DNA of 64,000 nucleotides, taken from NCBI RefSeq assembly GCF_030684315.1, contig NC_081358.1:76507817-76571816 (forward strand), given 5' to 3'. The DNA is from Stegostoma tigrinum (taxonomy: Eukaryota). Each line of letters opens with the position of its first letter. Positions within the stretch are counted from its first letter, which is position 1. The notes under the pieces are model-generated. The model was given only the letters and a program-made list of their open reading frames with translations. It was not told the DNA's origin and made no database searches. The position numbers were made by a program, and so were the translations under genes. Below are positions 12,001-23,740 of the stretch, piece after piece.

Positions 12001-12628
12001 TGGAAGTGGACAACGAAACCTTCTTCATTGTACAAGGGGATTGATTCCCTTTGGAGTTAGAACAATGCCAATATCAATTTCTAGATTGTTAAGGGCCTAA
12101 CAAATGATTGGAGTTGTGCAGTAGGGCCATGCTGAAGTCATGACCTACTGACCTCTACAGGAATTTGTCTAGAATTTCCAATGGGCAATTGTCCTGCTCC
12201 CTGGAACCCTGCCCTTGCAGTTAGAGATGGAGATTTCAGCAAGTTCTATCTCATTAACCTCAATAGTTATCCAGGAGACATCAGACAGAAAAATTCTACC
12301 GTAGCTCCAGGGTAATGCTAGAATAGGCACCACAAACACTCACGCCATCCATCTCACCTCTCCCCACTCCCAACTTCCTCCTCAACCCCACCAAATACCA
12401 CCTGACAATCCCAATAATCCTTGCAGACTGGATCTTGGCAACTGCGCCTGACCAGCCAACTATTCCTCTGTCGGCCACTTAACCCCTGACTGTCCTGATT
12501 CCCCAACTAACGCCCTTGACAAATCCCTGACTGCCAACTACCACCAAGCCCCAATTACTCCTCCAACATCTCAATTAATTACTGTCCTAAATCATTGGCT
12601 ACCACAACTTGAAGATGCATGCACTTAC

Positions 12629-12850
12629 CTTGACCACTTGTGTGAGACTATTGATCTTCTTGCCATACTGTGTACAGTTTGTCAGAATTGGCAATGACTT
12701 CAACCATCTGCTCTTACTGTGCTTTCACAATGTTCTTCTGGAATCTACTGATATGAAACACCTCTCTCCTTCCATCAAGCTCCTGCTATACTGCCTTTGG
12801 TATTGTGTGAAATAACCTTGGAACACACTCAGTACTGTGTCATGCCATTT
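12629..12850 (-). pseudogene. Decayed Harbinger/PIF-type Myb/SANT DNA-binding exon
   Basis: Minus strand ends TQYGKKINSLTQVVK|gtaagtg, similar to the QCRKKFNDL end of Myb/SANT-like domains, followed by a consensus donor; upstream is disrupted. Confidence 0.5.
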
Positions 12851-13191
12851 CAAAGTTCTCCTGCTGCTTGGAGACTCTTCTACAGCAATTTTGAGCACTT
12901 GCTCCAGTCAAAACTTATCGCTGCTTTAGGAGACACAATTTGTTTCAAGCAGTTCAAATAAGCTTTATGTAATGCTAACCACACAGGATTCTGTTTCCAT
13001 TCTCATGGGTGAAGCTAGTCAGCAATATTTAGCACTGAATACAAACCTCACTCATAGTAACAAACAGGCAGTGTGACGTTTATGTGTAACCTGTATCAGA
13101 ACATGATGAGAAGGTGCTGGTGTTGGACTAGGGTGGATAAGGTCAAAAATCGCACGACACCAGGTTATAGCCCAACAGGTTTATTTGAAGA

Positions 13192-13223
13192 CACAAGCTT
13201 TCAGGCTCTCACTCCTTCTTCAG
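13192..13223 (-). ncRNA. Hammerhead-like motif of the second PLE family
   Basis: Minus strand CUGAAGA-AGG(AGUGAGAG)CCU-GAAAGCUU-GUG; AGCU palindrome as stem III. Confidence 0.5.
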
Positions 13224-13672
13224 ATATCAGTGAGAGAGGTGGCATCAGACACAGAAATCATAAGTAAAAGGTAAAAGGGTCATAGAACTCTTGCGAATGT
13301 GTTGAACAAACCCAAGGTGGCTGTTAAATCTTTAATCAGTTAGAAAAGATTAATATGCAAATCTCAGAATTTCTTTCAAGTCACTGCCCCGAAATAACTA
13401 AAGGTTTTAACAGTATTCCAGAGGTGACATCTGAGGTAGACAATGCATTTTATGTGTGAGGCTTTGTTTAGAATTTGGCAGTGTATTAACTTGGAGTCAG
13501 ACCATTTTTATTTTGAAAGTAGGAATTTATAAAATGCCACATTGACAGTCTAGAAAGTGTATGCTTTTTGAGCAAAATATGATGCATCAGTAATTACAAA
13601 CCTGCAAATGCAAATTCACCCCATAGATTTTTACGTGTGTGTATATGTGCGCACATGTGGAGGAGAGAGGGG

Positions 13673-13674
<2 letters not shown>

Positions 13675-13754
<80 letters not shown>
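13675..13754. repeat. (GT)40 microsatellite
   Basis: Perfect dinucleotide run of 80 bp. Confidence 0.99.
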
Positions 13755-13755
<1 letters not shown>

Positions 13756-14559
13756 AATGGTCTGGCACGTCTTGCAGACATTGCCATGATAGGGTTTTAT
13801 GGTGCTGTGGTTAGTGTTGTCCTTAAGGCTGGGTAATTTGCTGTGAACAGTGGTCTGTTTAAGGTTTGGTGGATGTTTGAAGGTGAGAAGTGGAGTGGTG
13901 GGGAAGATCTTGGCGAGGTTCTCATCGTCATCAATAATGTGTTGAAGGCTGTGAAGAACATGGTGTAGCTTCTCCACTCCTGGGAATTACTGGACGATGA
14001 AAGGTGCCCTATCGGTCCCACCCTGTGTCTGTCTTCTGAGGAGGTCATTATGGTTTACCGCTGTAGCATGTTGGAACTGGCAATTGATGAGTTGAGCATC
14101 ATATCCCTTTCTTATGAGGGAATCCTTCAGCACTTTCAGGTCTCCATCATGTTCCTCCTCATCTGAACAGACCCTGTATATGTGTAAGGCTTGGTACAGG
14201 GGGTGGCTTTTTTTATTATGTTTAGAGTGGAAGCTGGAGAAGTGCAGCATCTTGTGGTTATCTGTAGGCTTACGGTAGAGTGAAGTACTGAGGTGTCTAT
14301 CCTTGATGGAGATGTGTGTGTTATAGAATTCCATTGTGACCAAAGTACATTATTGACAAGATGTATGGTCCATGCAGAAATCAGCAGGATACAGCATTTG
14401 CTTTCTTGAGCTTTGGAGACCTAATATTTAGTCCCATTTGCGTTGATTTTATAATGTTTATGTTTACAAGTTGCAAGAAAAACTGAACCAATATAATCTA
14501 AAAATGAATCACTGCATTTAGAGAGCAATTTTTCTTTACTTTGTAAATCGCAAGTAATT

Positions 14560-14930
14560 GCACAGCTGGTTAAGCACTACTCTGGTGCAATCAATGCTGG
14601 AATGTAAGTAAATGTGGATCCATTTTGAACACAGCAAAGTCTCACAAGTAACAGTGAGATATGTGACAAGAAAATATATTTTTAGCCATGACGCTTGGAG
14701 GGTAAATAACGAAATACCATCACTTTTAATTGAAAAATGACACCTTTTACATCTGTCTTAGAAAGCAGAAGCAATTTGATTTAATAGTTCAGTCAAAAGG
14801 GATTCTACAACAATACAGGAGTTCCTCTAAAATGCCACATTTGGTTTTGTGCTCGCATATCTAAAGTCCAGCTTAAATCAACAACTTTCAAAATTGAGTG
14901 ACAAATGTATATCACTGAGCAAAGACTGAT
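14560..14930 (-). mobile_element. Degraded Deu-domain (SacSINE1-like) SINE
   Basis: cacagcaaagtctcacaagtaacagtgagat..ggagggtaaata..cttttacatc..ttttgtgctc; matches the Deu-SINE layout from memory. Confidence 0.55.
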
Positions 14931-16163
14931 ATCAGACTTCCTTTATAAAAGTGCATTGTGTATTTCATGCGATAATCAATGTTTTCTGTTCCACACAAGA
15001 TCTAATCCAGTAAAATGCTTTAACAGTGTCTTGCAATTTTATTTTGGAAAGCACCAAGAAACAGTTAGCTATGAGACCGTGAGCCATTTGCTCTTTATTT
15101 TTGGCTTCTCACTTCTCCATATTTACAGTCGGGTTAATGCAATTCACTATTGTTAAATATTACTAACTATAAGTAAAATGTTCAGTTCCATGTCTCTTGC
15201 AATTTCTTGCTGCTATCTGCAGAACACATAAATCTCTTAACTAACCATATCTCCACTTTACATTCTCAGCTTGTTATATTTAGATTAACTGATGCTGTAG
15301 AAACATCTGTAATGTTTGGAAAAGATAAAATCTGTAGCAAGGTTGTCAGAATAAATTATGTTACTTTTAAGTTTGACTGAGCCTAAAAGGAATTGATTTA
15401 ACTGCATTAAACTCAATATTTTTTAGAGCAAATGCTATTAACACAAATTTCTAAGAGGCTTCCCTGTGTAAAATAATTCTCGTGTTTGTGTGCCAGAGAA
15501 ATAAGTTTCATGATGATCTTAAATAACTTGTAGAAAATATATTCATAATAGTTTAAGAAGTATTATAAATTCCATCCATAAAAAATGTTTCTACCATTCA
15601 ACTGTAAAATAAATCTTAATGCCAGTGCATGAGTGAATTGTAATCCTACTCCCAAGTGATGTGATCATTCACTGAAGTGAAATTAAATTGCTAATTCACT
15701 GAAGTGAATAACATCACTTACAGTCAAACTCAGGAGATATTAAAAATGCCAGAATGAATTGTGCTTTAAGATAAATAGAACATCACCTCAATTAAGTTAT
15801 TAATATTTTACATAAATCAAATACCATAACGCATCACTACCATGACCTGTCTGTCCTTTCAAACATCTGACATCTCTGCTGTTTCTGGTCACAGACAGGA
15901 CGCCAATAAAATGCATTAACACTTTGTGAATCTTCATGTGCTTAAAGAGCAATCACTCTTTTATACACAGTTCCTTATTATTTTGCACAAATCTAAAGAC
16001 TTTGTTTCATATCAACCTTAAGCACTTTATGGACATGTCTAATCATTTGATGCTTTAAGTCAAGAATAAGCATTGGTTGTACTATTCACATGCAGCCACT
16101 AATCTTCAAGAGCTGCGCAACAACAGTCTTAGATTTTCATCTCCCTTAAATCAGATTAGTAAT

Positions 16164-16302
16164 TTGAAACAAAAACAAACAGAAATTGGGTGAACTAGTT
16201 GTGTCGAAGGAACAGAAGGCTGCGAGCTTGGCCTACTGAGTTTCTCCAGGAATTTCTGTTTTGTTTGTTCCAGATCCCCAGCATCCACAGTTCTTTGTTT
16301 TA
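16164..16302 (+). mobile_element. Short PLE-terminus-derived fold-back element
   Basis: aaacaaacagaaatt..aatttctgttttgtttg inverted arms followed by tail gatccccagcatccacagttc. Confidence 0.55.
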
Positions 16303-17209
16303 TGAAACAGAAATGATTGTTTGATTCCAAATCATAAGATATTTCCCATGCACAACTTTGCTGGAACGAAGATTGAGGGAGTAGTATTATTTTCAGACAA
16401 CACACATTTGACCTCACAAGACTTTCCTTGATCTAAATATTTCTAAAACTAAATGCCCCAGTATGCACTACATTCATTAGAATTATATAGCAGGATAAAC
16501 CATGGGCTACCAAGATGTCTCAGACATGATCCCATCACAAGTCCTGCAGATGGAGTATTTACATACAAAGAATTGATGCTACTGCTCCTGGGGTCCTCTG
16601 CTGCACAATAGATATGCAGGATGCCAAAGTGGTGCCTTTCAGTTTCCAAGGAGTAGAGCCAAAGGCCAGCAAAAATGAAGAGCCTTTGAATGGCCTCTGT
16701 TGCTTGTTCACAATGTTGGGCTGTATATTATCACTCAGCTTCTCTCAGTTTTAATCATCTCAATTTCAGGAGGAGGTTGCTTAAGCCCTCTGGGCAGAGA
16801 TGGTGGACAGTAATGTATGGCCTGGCCTGGGCACACAGACTATGTTGATATGTCAGCGCAGTACTAAGGAATACTCCAGTTTTGGAGATGGTGGCCCCAG
16901 GCTTGATGCTGAGGTAGCAATAGAAAATTGCAAAATGTTAATCAAAGAGTTCTCCTTGAGTCCAAACAATGGTCCTTACCAAATACCACCATCACAACAG
17001 GTTAGTTTACAATTTATCCAATTGTTACTTTCTAGGAATTTGTTTACACAAATTTGCTGCTTAATTGTTTTGCTAACAATAACTGGTCTACGAAGGATTT
17101 CACTGGATTTTGAAAATGTGAGAGGTGCCATTTACTTTATGTGCGTGAACAGGATGTGGCAAAGCTGACAATCGCTAATTCTCCTTCAAGAAGTTCCAAG
17201 TTACATCAG

Positions 17210-17560
17210 TCCCTAAGAGGTCCTGACTGTGTACATGTGGGTAGGATGTTTCCTCTTCTGAGAAAATGGCGCAGCGGGGGTCACTGTTTAAACATCAGGA
17301 CCACCCGTTTAAAACATAGATTCTGCAATTCTTTTTTTCTCTCTCAGAAGGTCATGAGTCTTTGGAATGGTGGCAACAGTGTCCTCAAATATGTTCATGG
17401 CACAGGTAGCTGGATTCTTGTTTAGCAAAAGAATGAATGGTTATCGGTCAGGTAATATTGGAAGATTCGAAGTTACAATCAGATCAGCTGCTTTCTCGTT
17501 AGATGGATTTTCGGCTTGAGGGGTAGAATGGCCTTCTCCTGGTCCTAATTTTTATGTTCA
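17210..17560 (+). mobile_element. CR1 3' fragment
   Basis: RMFPLLRKWRSGGHCLNIR..FFLSQKVMSLWN; gggtagaatggccttctcctggtcctaatt 3'UTR. Confidence 0.75.
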
Positions 17561-17564
17561 GGAA

Positions 17565-18570
17565 GGTGAGCAATGTAAAGGAAAACCCACAGGTCGGTGT
17601 TTCTGTGTTTTGCTGTTCTAGTTGGTCAAGGTTGTGGGTTTAGAAGACACAGTGAAAGAAACCTGGTCTGGTTGGTGCAGTGAAATGATGTTGCAATCAC
17701 AGTTTGCTGACAGTGCAGGAAATAAATGTTTAAGGTGGGGAACCAACCAAGTGGGTTGGCTGGTGTCAAGCCTGTTTTTGAGTGTTGGAGCAGCTCATAG
17801 CCAGCCAGATAGGTAGTACTGCAGCTATAGAGTCATAGGGTCATATAGCACAGAAGCTGATGCTTCGGTCCAACTAGTCCATGTTCTCAAATTAAGCCAA
17901 TCCCACCTGCCTGTGCTTGGCCCATACCCCTCCGAACATTTCTTATTCATGTACTTATCCGAATGTCTCTTAAACATTGTAACTGTACCCACATCCACCA
18001 CTTCCTGTGGCAGTTCATTCCACTTACGACCACTTCCTGTGATGAAAAGTTGTCTCCCATATCCTTTTTAAATCTTTCTTCCCCTCACCTTAAAAATATG
18101 CCCCCAGTCTTGAAATCACCCACCAGGGAGAAAAGACACCTACAATTCATCTTATCTATACCCTTCATGATTTTAAAAACCCCTATAAAGTCACCCCTCA
18201 ACCTCTACACTCTAGTGAAAAAAGACTCAGTCTATTCAGCCTGTCTCTATAACATAAACCTTCCATTCCTGGCAACATTCTGGTAAATCTTTGCTGAACC
18301 ATATTCAGTTTAATAATAACCTTCCTATAAGAAGGACCCCAGAGCTAGACACAATGCTCCAGAAGTGGTCTCACCAATGTCCCTGTATAATTTCAAAATG
18401 ACTCCCAACTCTTGATTGGGGCTTGTTTGAAATGACATGAGTTACTCGCCATTGAATTCCCAACCTGTGACCTACTCTTGCACTCACACCTTTTTTATGG
18501 CTGGTCCAGTTATGTTTCTGGTCTAAGGCAACCCCGTGATGTTGATGATAGAGGATTCAATGATGCAATA
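17565..18570 (-). mobile_element. Second LINE family (CR1/L2 group) fragment split by younger CR1 insertions: 17565-17820, 18415-18570 and ~20003-20035
   Basis: Similar to 22535-23280 (gagttactc..aattccc..cctg..ctctt..ggtccagtt..tttctggtc..gatgttgatg..gattca). Confidence 0.6.
17828..18410 (-). mobile_element. CR1 3' fragment
   Basis: atagagtcatagggtcatatagcacag terminus; caccacttcctgtggcagttcattcca (antisense WNELPQEVV). Confidence 0.85.
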
Positions 18571-18574
18571 CTTA

Positions 18575-20001
18575 ACATAGAACGTTACATCACAGTACAG
18601 GCCCTTCGGCCCTCGATGTTGTGCCGACCTGTCATACCGATCTGAAGCCCATCTAACCTACACTATTCCATGTACGTCCATATGATCATCCAATGACAAC
18701 TTAAATGTACCTAAAGTTGGCAAATCTACAACCGTTGCAGGCAAAGCGTTCCATTCCCTTACTACTCTCTGAGTAAAGAAACTACTCTGACATCTGTCCT
18801 ATATCTTTCACCCCTCAATTTAAAGCTATGCTCCCTTGTGCTCGCCGTCACCATCCTAGGAAAAAGGCTCTCCCTATCCACTCTATCTAACCCTCTGATT
18901 ATTTTATATGTTTCAATTAAGTCACCTCTCAACTTTCTTCTCTCTAACGAAAACAGCCTCAAGTCCCTCAGCCTTTCCTCGTAAGACCTTCCCTCCATAC
19001 CAGGCAACATCCTAGTAAATCTCCTCTGCACCCTTTCCAAAGCTTCCACATCCTTCTTATAATGCAATGACCAGAACTGTACGCAATACTCCAAGTGTGG
19101 CCGCACCAGAGTTTTGTACAGCTGCAGCATAACCTCTTGGTTCCAGAACTCGATCCCTCCATTAATAAAAGCTAAAACACTGTATGCCTTCTTAACAGCC
19201 CTGTCAACCTGGGTGGCAACTTTCAAGGATCTGTGTACATGGACACCGAGATCTCTCTGCTCATCTACACTACTAAGAATCTTACCATTAGCCCAGTATT
19301 TTGCCTTCCGGTTACTCCTACCAAAGTGCATCACCTCACACTTGTCTGCATTAAACTCCGTTTGCCACCTCTCAGGCCAGCTCTGCAGCTTATCTATGTC
19401 TCTCTGCAACCTACAGCATCCTTCGTCACTATCCACAACTCCACCGACCTTAGTGTCGTCTGCAAATTTACTAACCCATCCTTCTACGCCCTCATCCAGG
19501 TCATTTGTAAAAATGACAAACAGCAGTGGACCCAACACCGACCCTTGCGGTACACCACTAGTAACTGGTCTCCAGGATGAACATTTCCCATCAACTACCA
19601 CCCTCTGCCTTCTTTAAGCAAGCCAATTTCCGAACCAAACTGCTATATCTCCCACAATTCCATTCCTCCGCATTTTGTACAATAGCCTACTGTGGGGAAC
19701 CTTATCGAACGCCTTGCTGAAATCCATATACACCACATCAACTGGTTTACTCTCATCTACCTGTTTGGTCACCTTCTCAAAGAACTCAATAAGGTTTGTG
19801 AGGCACGACCTACCGTGCTGACTATCCTGAATCAATTTATTCTTTTCTAGATGATTATAAATCCTATCCCTTATAACCTTTTCCAACACTTTACCAACAA
19901 CTGAGGTAAGGCTCACTGGTCTATAATTGCCAGGGTTGTCTCTACTCCCCTTCTTGAACAGGGGAACCACATTTGCTATCCTCCAGTTGTCTGGCACTAT
20001 T
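18575..20001 (-). mobile_element. Relatively young 5'-truncated CR1 LINE with RT domain
   Basis: ORFs 19614-19997 ([23 protein letters not shown]) and 18762-19601 (GVPQGSVLGP, KFADDTK, LVRPHLEYC); 3' end aacatagaac..ggcccttcggccc. Confidence 0.96.
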
Positions 20002-20097
20002 CACTGTTGCTGAATGTTATCAGGAGGTAGTTAGCATTTAGCAGATGAAGATCATTATATTAAATTAGACAGTAAAAGACATTTCACAGATGTAGAA

Positions 20098-20290
20098 ATA
20101 GTAGGAACTGCAGATGCTGGAGAATCTGAGATAACAAGGTGTAGAGCTGGATGAACACAGCAGGTCAAGCAGTATCTGAGAAGCAGGAAAGTTCACGTTT
20201 CAGGTCTGGACCCCTTTGAAATGTCAGCTTTCCTGCTCCTCTGATGCTACCAGGCCTGCTGTGTTCATATAGTTGTACACCTTGTTATCA
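20098..20290. mobile_element. Non-coding PLE-derived fold-back element with ~75-bp arms, tail and imperfect 14-bp TSD
   Basis: gataacaaggtgtagagctggatgaacacagcagg...cctgctgtgttcatatagttgtacaccttgttatc; centre ggtctggaccc is hammerhead stem II; tcacagatgtagaa (20084) vs tcacagaagtggaa (20288). Confidence 0.8.
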
Positions 20291-20324
20291 CAGAAGTGGA
20301 AGTGGCTTAATTGCGAATCTATAG

Positions 20325-20530
20325 TTTAAAAGGTAAAGTCACCATAGACTCACCAGGCTATAAGGCTGCTCTCTCATGAGGGGCCATTGGGGTGGTTTAA
20401 CTGTAGGGTCACCATGCTTCAAGGTTGTGAAGAAAATTTGTTCATGGTAACCTCAGCTAGTGCAAGAATTGAACCCATGCTGTTGACATTAATCTGCGTT
20501 ACAAGCTAGCCAGCTTAGCGAACCTGTCCC
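20325..20530 (-). mobile_element. tRNA-derived SINE, third family
   Basis: aaagtcaccatag..ggctgct..ggtttaac..aacctcagc..gaattgaaccc (antisense B box gggttcaattc). Confidence 0.6.
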
Positions 20531-20571
20531 CAGACCCATAGCTTATCAAATCAAATAATTACAGAATTGTA

Positions 20572-21330
20572 CTGAAGAAGGGTCCAGACCCAAAATGTCA
20601 GCTTTCCTGCTCCTCTGATGCTCCTTGGCCAGACTGGGTCTGCAGCTGGTGGTGAGGGAACCAACAAGAGGGAAAAACATACTTGACCTCATCCCTACCA
20701 AACCATCGGCTGCAGATGCATCTGGCCAGGACCGTATCAGTAAGAGTGACCATCGCACAGTCCTTGTGGAGACCAAGTCTCACCTTCACATTGAGATCAA
20801 TCTCCATTGTGATATGTGGCACTATCACCATGCTAAATGGGACAGACTTTGCACAAATCCAGCCACTCCAAGACTGGGCATCCATGAGGTGCTGTGGGCC
20901 ATCAACAGCAGCAAAATTGTACTCCAACACAATCTACAATCTCACGGCCTAGTATACCCCCTACTCACCATTACCATCAAGCCAGGGGATCAACCCTGGT
21001 TCAATGAAGAGTGCAGGACGACATGCCAGGAGCAGTACCAGGCATACCTGAAGATGAGGTATCAACCTGATGAAGCCACCAAACGGGGCTACTTGCATGC
21101 CAAACAGCGAAAGCAGCGCATGACAGACAGAGCTAAGCAATCCCACAACCAACAGATAAGATCTAATCTCTGCAGTCCTTCCACACTCAGCCATGAATGG
21201 TGGTGGACAATTAAACAACTCACTGGAGAAGGAGGATCCACAAATATCCCCATCCTCAATGATGGAAGAGCCTAGCACATCAACTGAAGGTTGCAAGTGG
21301 TGTTCATCCAGCTCTACACCTTGTTATCTT
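20572..21330 (+). mobile_element. PLE terminal fragment (20572-20630 plus 21299-21330) split by an internal LINE fragment
   Basis: ctgaagaagggtccagacccaaaatgtcagctttcctgctcctctgatgctccttggcc | insert | tgttcatccagctctacaccttgttatct. Confidence 0.75.
20631..21285 (+). pseudogene. Second LINE family ORF2 fragment: AP-endonuclease C-terminus and linker
   Basis: ORF 20625-21275: LQLVVREPTRGKNILDLI..SDHRTVLVE..KPGDQPWFNEEC..EWWWTIKQL. Confidence 0.88.
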
Positions 21331-21394
21331 AGCTTCAAATTTCATTCTTTATTGACTGACTGCTTCTCTCTCCGTGGCAACAGATTCAGATGAA

Positions 21395-22047
21395 ACCAGT
21401 TTGTTTGCAACCTTGGAGTCACATTTGCCCTCAAGATACCTGCATGTTCACTAAGACTATCTATTTTTAATTCAGTAACGTCATCTGACTCCAGTCTGTC
21501 TTAGCTGATCTGTTGCTGAAATCTCTGCCTTCATCACCTTCAGACCTAATTATTCCAATGTACACTCAACCCTGACTAAACTTGAGATGATTTAAATTTC
21601 TGTTCCCTTGTGCTTTAACTAACATCAAGACATTTTTGGCAATCACTCCTTTGCTCACTGACTTACACTGACTCCCTTTCAAGCCATATATTGTCTTAAA
21701 ATTTTCATCCTTGTTCTCAAATCCCTCCCTGGCTTTGCCACCCCTCTGTAATGTCCACCAGCCCCACAACAGAGATACCAGTGCTCCTTTAATTCAGGCC
21801 CCTTGTCCATCCACAGTATTAATTACTCCACCATCAGTGGTTGTGTTTTCAGATGCCTGGTGGATAAGCCCAGGAATATCCTCCCCAAATCTCCTTGTCC
21901 CTCCAATTTGCTTACCTCCTTAAAACCTGCTTCTTTGACCAAGTTTTGGCAATCCGATCCATTATTTCATTAATTGATAGAATGTCATGCTTCGCTTTGT
22001 AAAATCCTGAGAAACACTTATGAGCATATTATCATATTAAAGACAGT
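21395..22047 (+). mobile_element. Degraded L2 (LINE2) 3' region
   Basis: NLGVTF, actaagac..tatttt (TKTAYF-like), TPLLTDLH*LPF (LHWLP motif); ends taaagacagtatgcaaatatacgttgttgt. Confidence 0.75.
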
Positions 22048-22288
22048 ATGCAAATATACGTTGTTGTCATTGCCTCACAACTGGGTTACTATGTGCAAAA
22101 GCAAGTGCTGAGAGTGTTATTTATCCACTGAGAGACTGCGGAGAGTGAAATGAATGTACTGGTTGATGTTACACGGTAAGATCTCTACCAAATTTCAGCA
22201 GTGCCTGTGCCTCTGTCACTTGGTAAAGTGATATTAATTATGTAGTGAGCTGCTTGTGCTGAATATTGAATTATTTCCTTTCTCTTAC

Positions 22289-22341
22289 CTTCTTATTGAC
22301 ATGCCACTTCAAAAAAGTAGCAATCTGCTCTTGGCCTTATG
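22289..22341 (-). other. Candidate 53-nt spliced exon (non-coding, or a start exon)
   Basis: Minus strand: ccttaac branch site, ctttcctttctcttgctttag acceptor, AAG|gtaaga donor; stops in all frames from the exon start; internal ATG gives MSIR in phase 2. Confidence 0.3.
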
Positions 22342-22534
22342 CTAAAGCAAGAGAAAGGAAAGTGGTTCCAGTCGGCTGCGTTAAGGCCAACACCAGGAGA
22401 ACTCACATAAATAAGAAATCATGATGCCGGATAATGCCGACACATGAAATTGATTAATAGCCTGATAATAACTTTCATGATACTTTCCTTCTCAACAGAT
22501 AAACCAAAATAATTGATTATCAACTCTAGTTTCC

Positions 22535-23280
22535 TTTTATCATCATTTGTGGGACATGGGCATTGCTGGCTAGCCAGTATTTATTGCCTGTCCTTAGATG
22601 CCCTTGAGAAGGTGGTAGTGAGTTACCTTCTTGAATGATTACAATCCATTTGGTATAGATGCACCCACAATGTCATTAGGGAAGAAGTTCCAGAATTTTG
22701 ACTCAGCAACACTGAAGGAACTGAAAGTGATATATTTCCAGGTTAGGCTGATGAGTGGTTTGTAGGGAAACGTGTAGGTCGTGGTTGTCTTATGTATCTT
22801 TTCTGCATTTGCCCTTCTGTACGGTAATGGTTTTAGGTTTGGTAGGTGCTGTCTAAGGAGCCTTAATGAATTTCTGCAGTGCACCTTATGCATGGTACAA
22901 ACTGCTGCTACAAGAGTGTCAGTGGTGGTGGGAATAAATGTTTGAAGGTATGATGCCTATTAAGCAAGAGGTTTTGTCCTGGGGATGGCGTTAAGCTTCT
23001 TGAATGTTGTTGGAGTTCCACTTATCCAGGTAACAGGACAGCATTCCATCAATTTTCTGACTTGTGTTCTGCCGATAGTGGTGGAATTTGGGGAGTCAGG
23101 AGGTGAGTTACTCATTGCAAGTTTTCGAGCCTCTTGTAGCCACAATATTATATCTAGTCCAGTTGAGTTTACGGTCATTTTTAACACTCATGTGATTGTC
23201 GTGGGTGATTCAGCAATGGTAATGTCATCGAGCATCAAATGGTGGTGGTTATATTATCTATCTTTTGGCAATGGTCATTG
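22535..23280 (-). mobile_element. Second LINE family 3' part
   Basis: gggcattgctggctagccagtatttattgcc terminus; HCRNSLRLLRQHLPN, QVRKLMECCPVTW. Confidence 0.8.
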
Positions 23281-23562
23281 TCAGATGTAATTTTCTCCAT
23301 CTCTCCTGAACATACACAGGCAAGCTGATTCATTTTCTTTTCTCTGATTTTGAATACTTTGGGGCTGCTAAAGCATTTTACGACTTCCAGTTGGCTCTGA
23401 TGGTGTGAAATCTTCAACAAACTAAAGTGCCCCTCTCCTATTTCAGATCTTTTCTTCTGAACTCAACTTGCTTGCCGCCATTGGCCATCTGTGACTGTAA
23501 ATCGTGAAAGTTCCACTTGATAAAGACCTCAACAACATTTCACCAGCTAGCTTACCTAGTTA

Positions 23563-23740
23563 GCAGGTCTGGCAGTATGTGTGGAGAGAAAGCAGAGTTA
23601 GCCCTATGAGTTCTGAAGATAGTCACTGCGCTCAGGGTGTTAACTCTGCTTTCTTTCTGCAGATGCTGCCAGATCTGCTGAGTTTCTCCAGCAATTTCTG
23701 TTTGTTTCAGATCTCCAGCATCTGCAATTGTTTCTTTTAT
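23563..23740 (+). mobile_element. Short PLE-terminus-derived fold-back element with decayed hammerhead
   Basis: caggtctggcag..gagagaaagcagagtta / taactctgctttct..gctgccagatctg arms; gagtt-CTGAAGA..gtt-aactc; tail gatctccagcatctgcaattg. Confidence 0.7.

Larger units (their letters stand above)
13103..14345 (-). mobile_element. Second PLE family, 5'-truncated: RT thumb, Cys linker and terminal repeat
   Basis: STSLYRKPTDNHKMLHFSSFH, LAKIFPTTPLLTFKHPPNLK, HGNVCKTC; terminal repeat with hammerhead-like core and aataaa. Confidence 0.85.

Noticed and set aside
13587-13836. THTHTH and CVCVCV ORFs resembling metal-binding proteins
   Set aside because: They are translations of the (GT)40 microsatellite.
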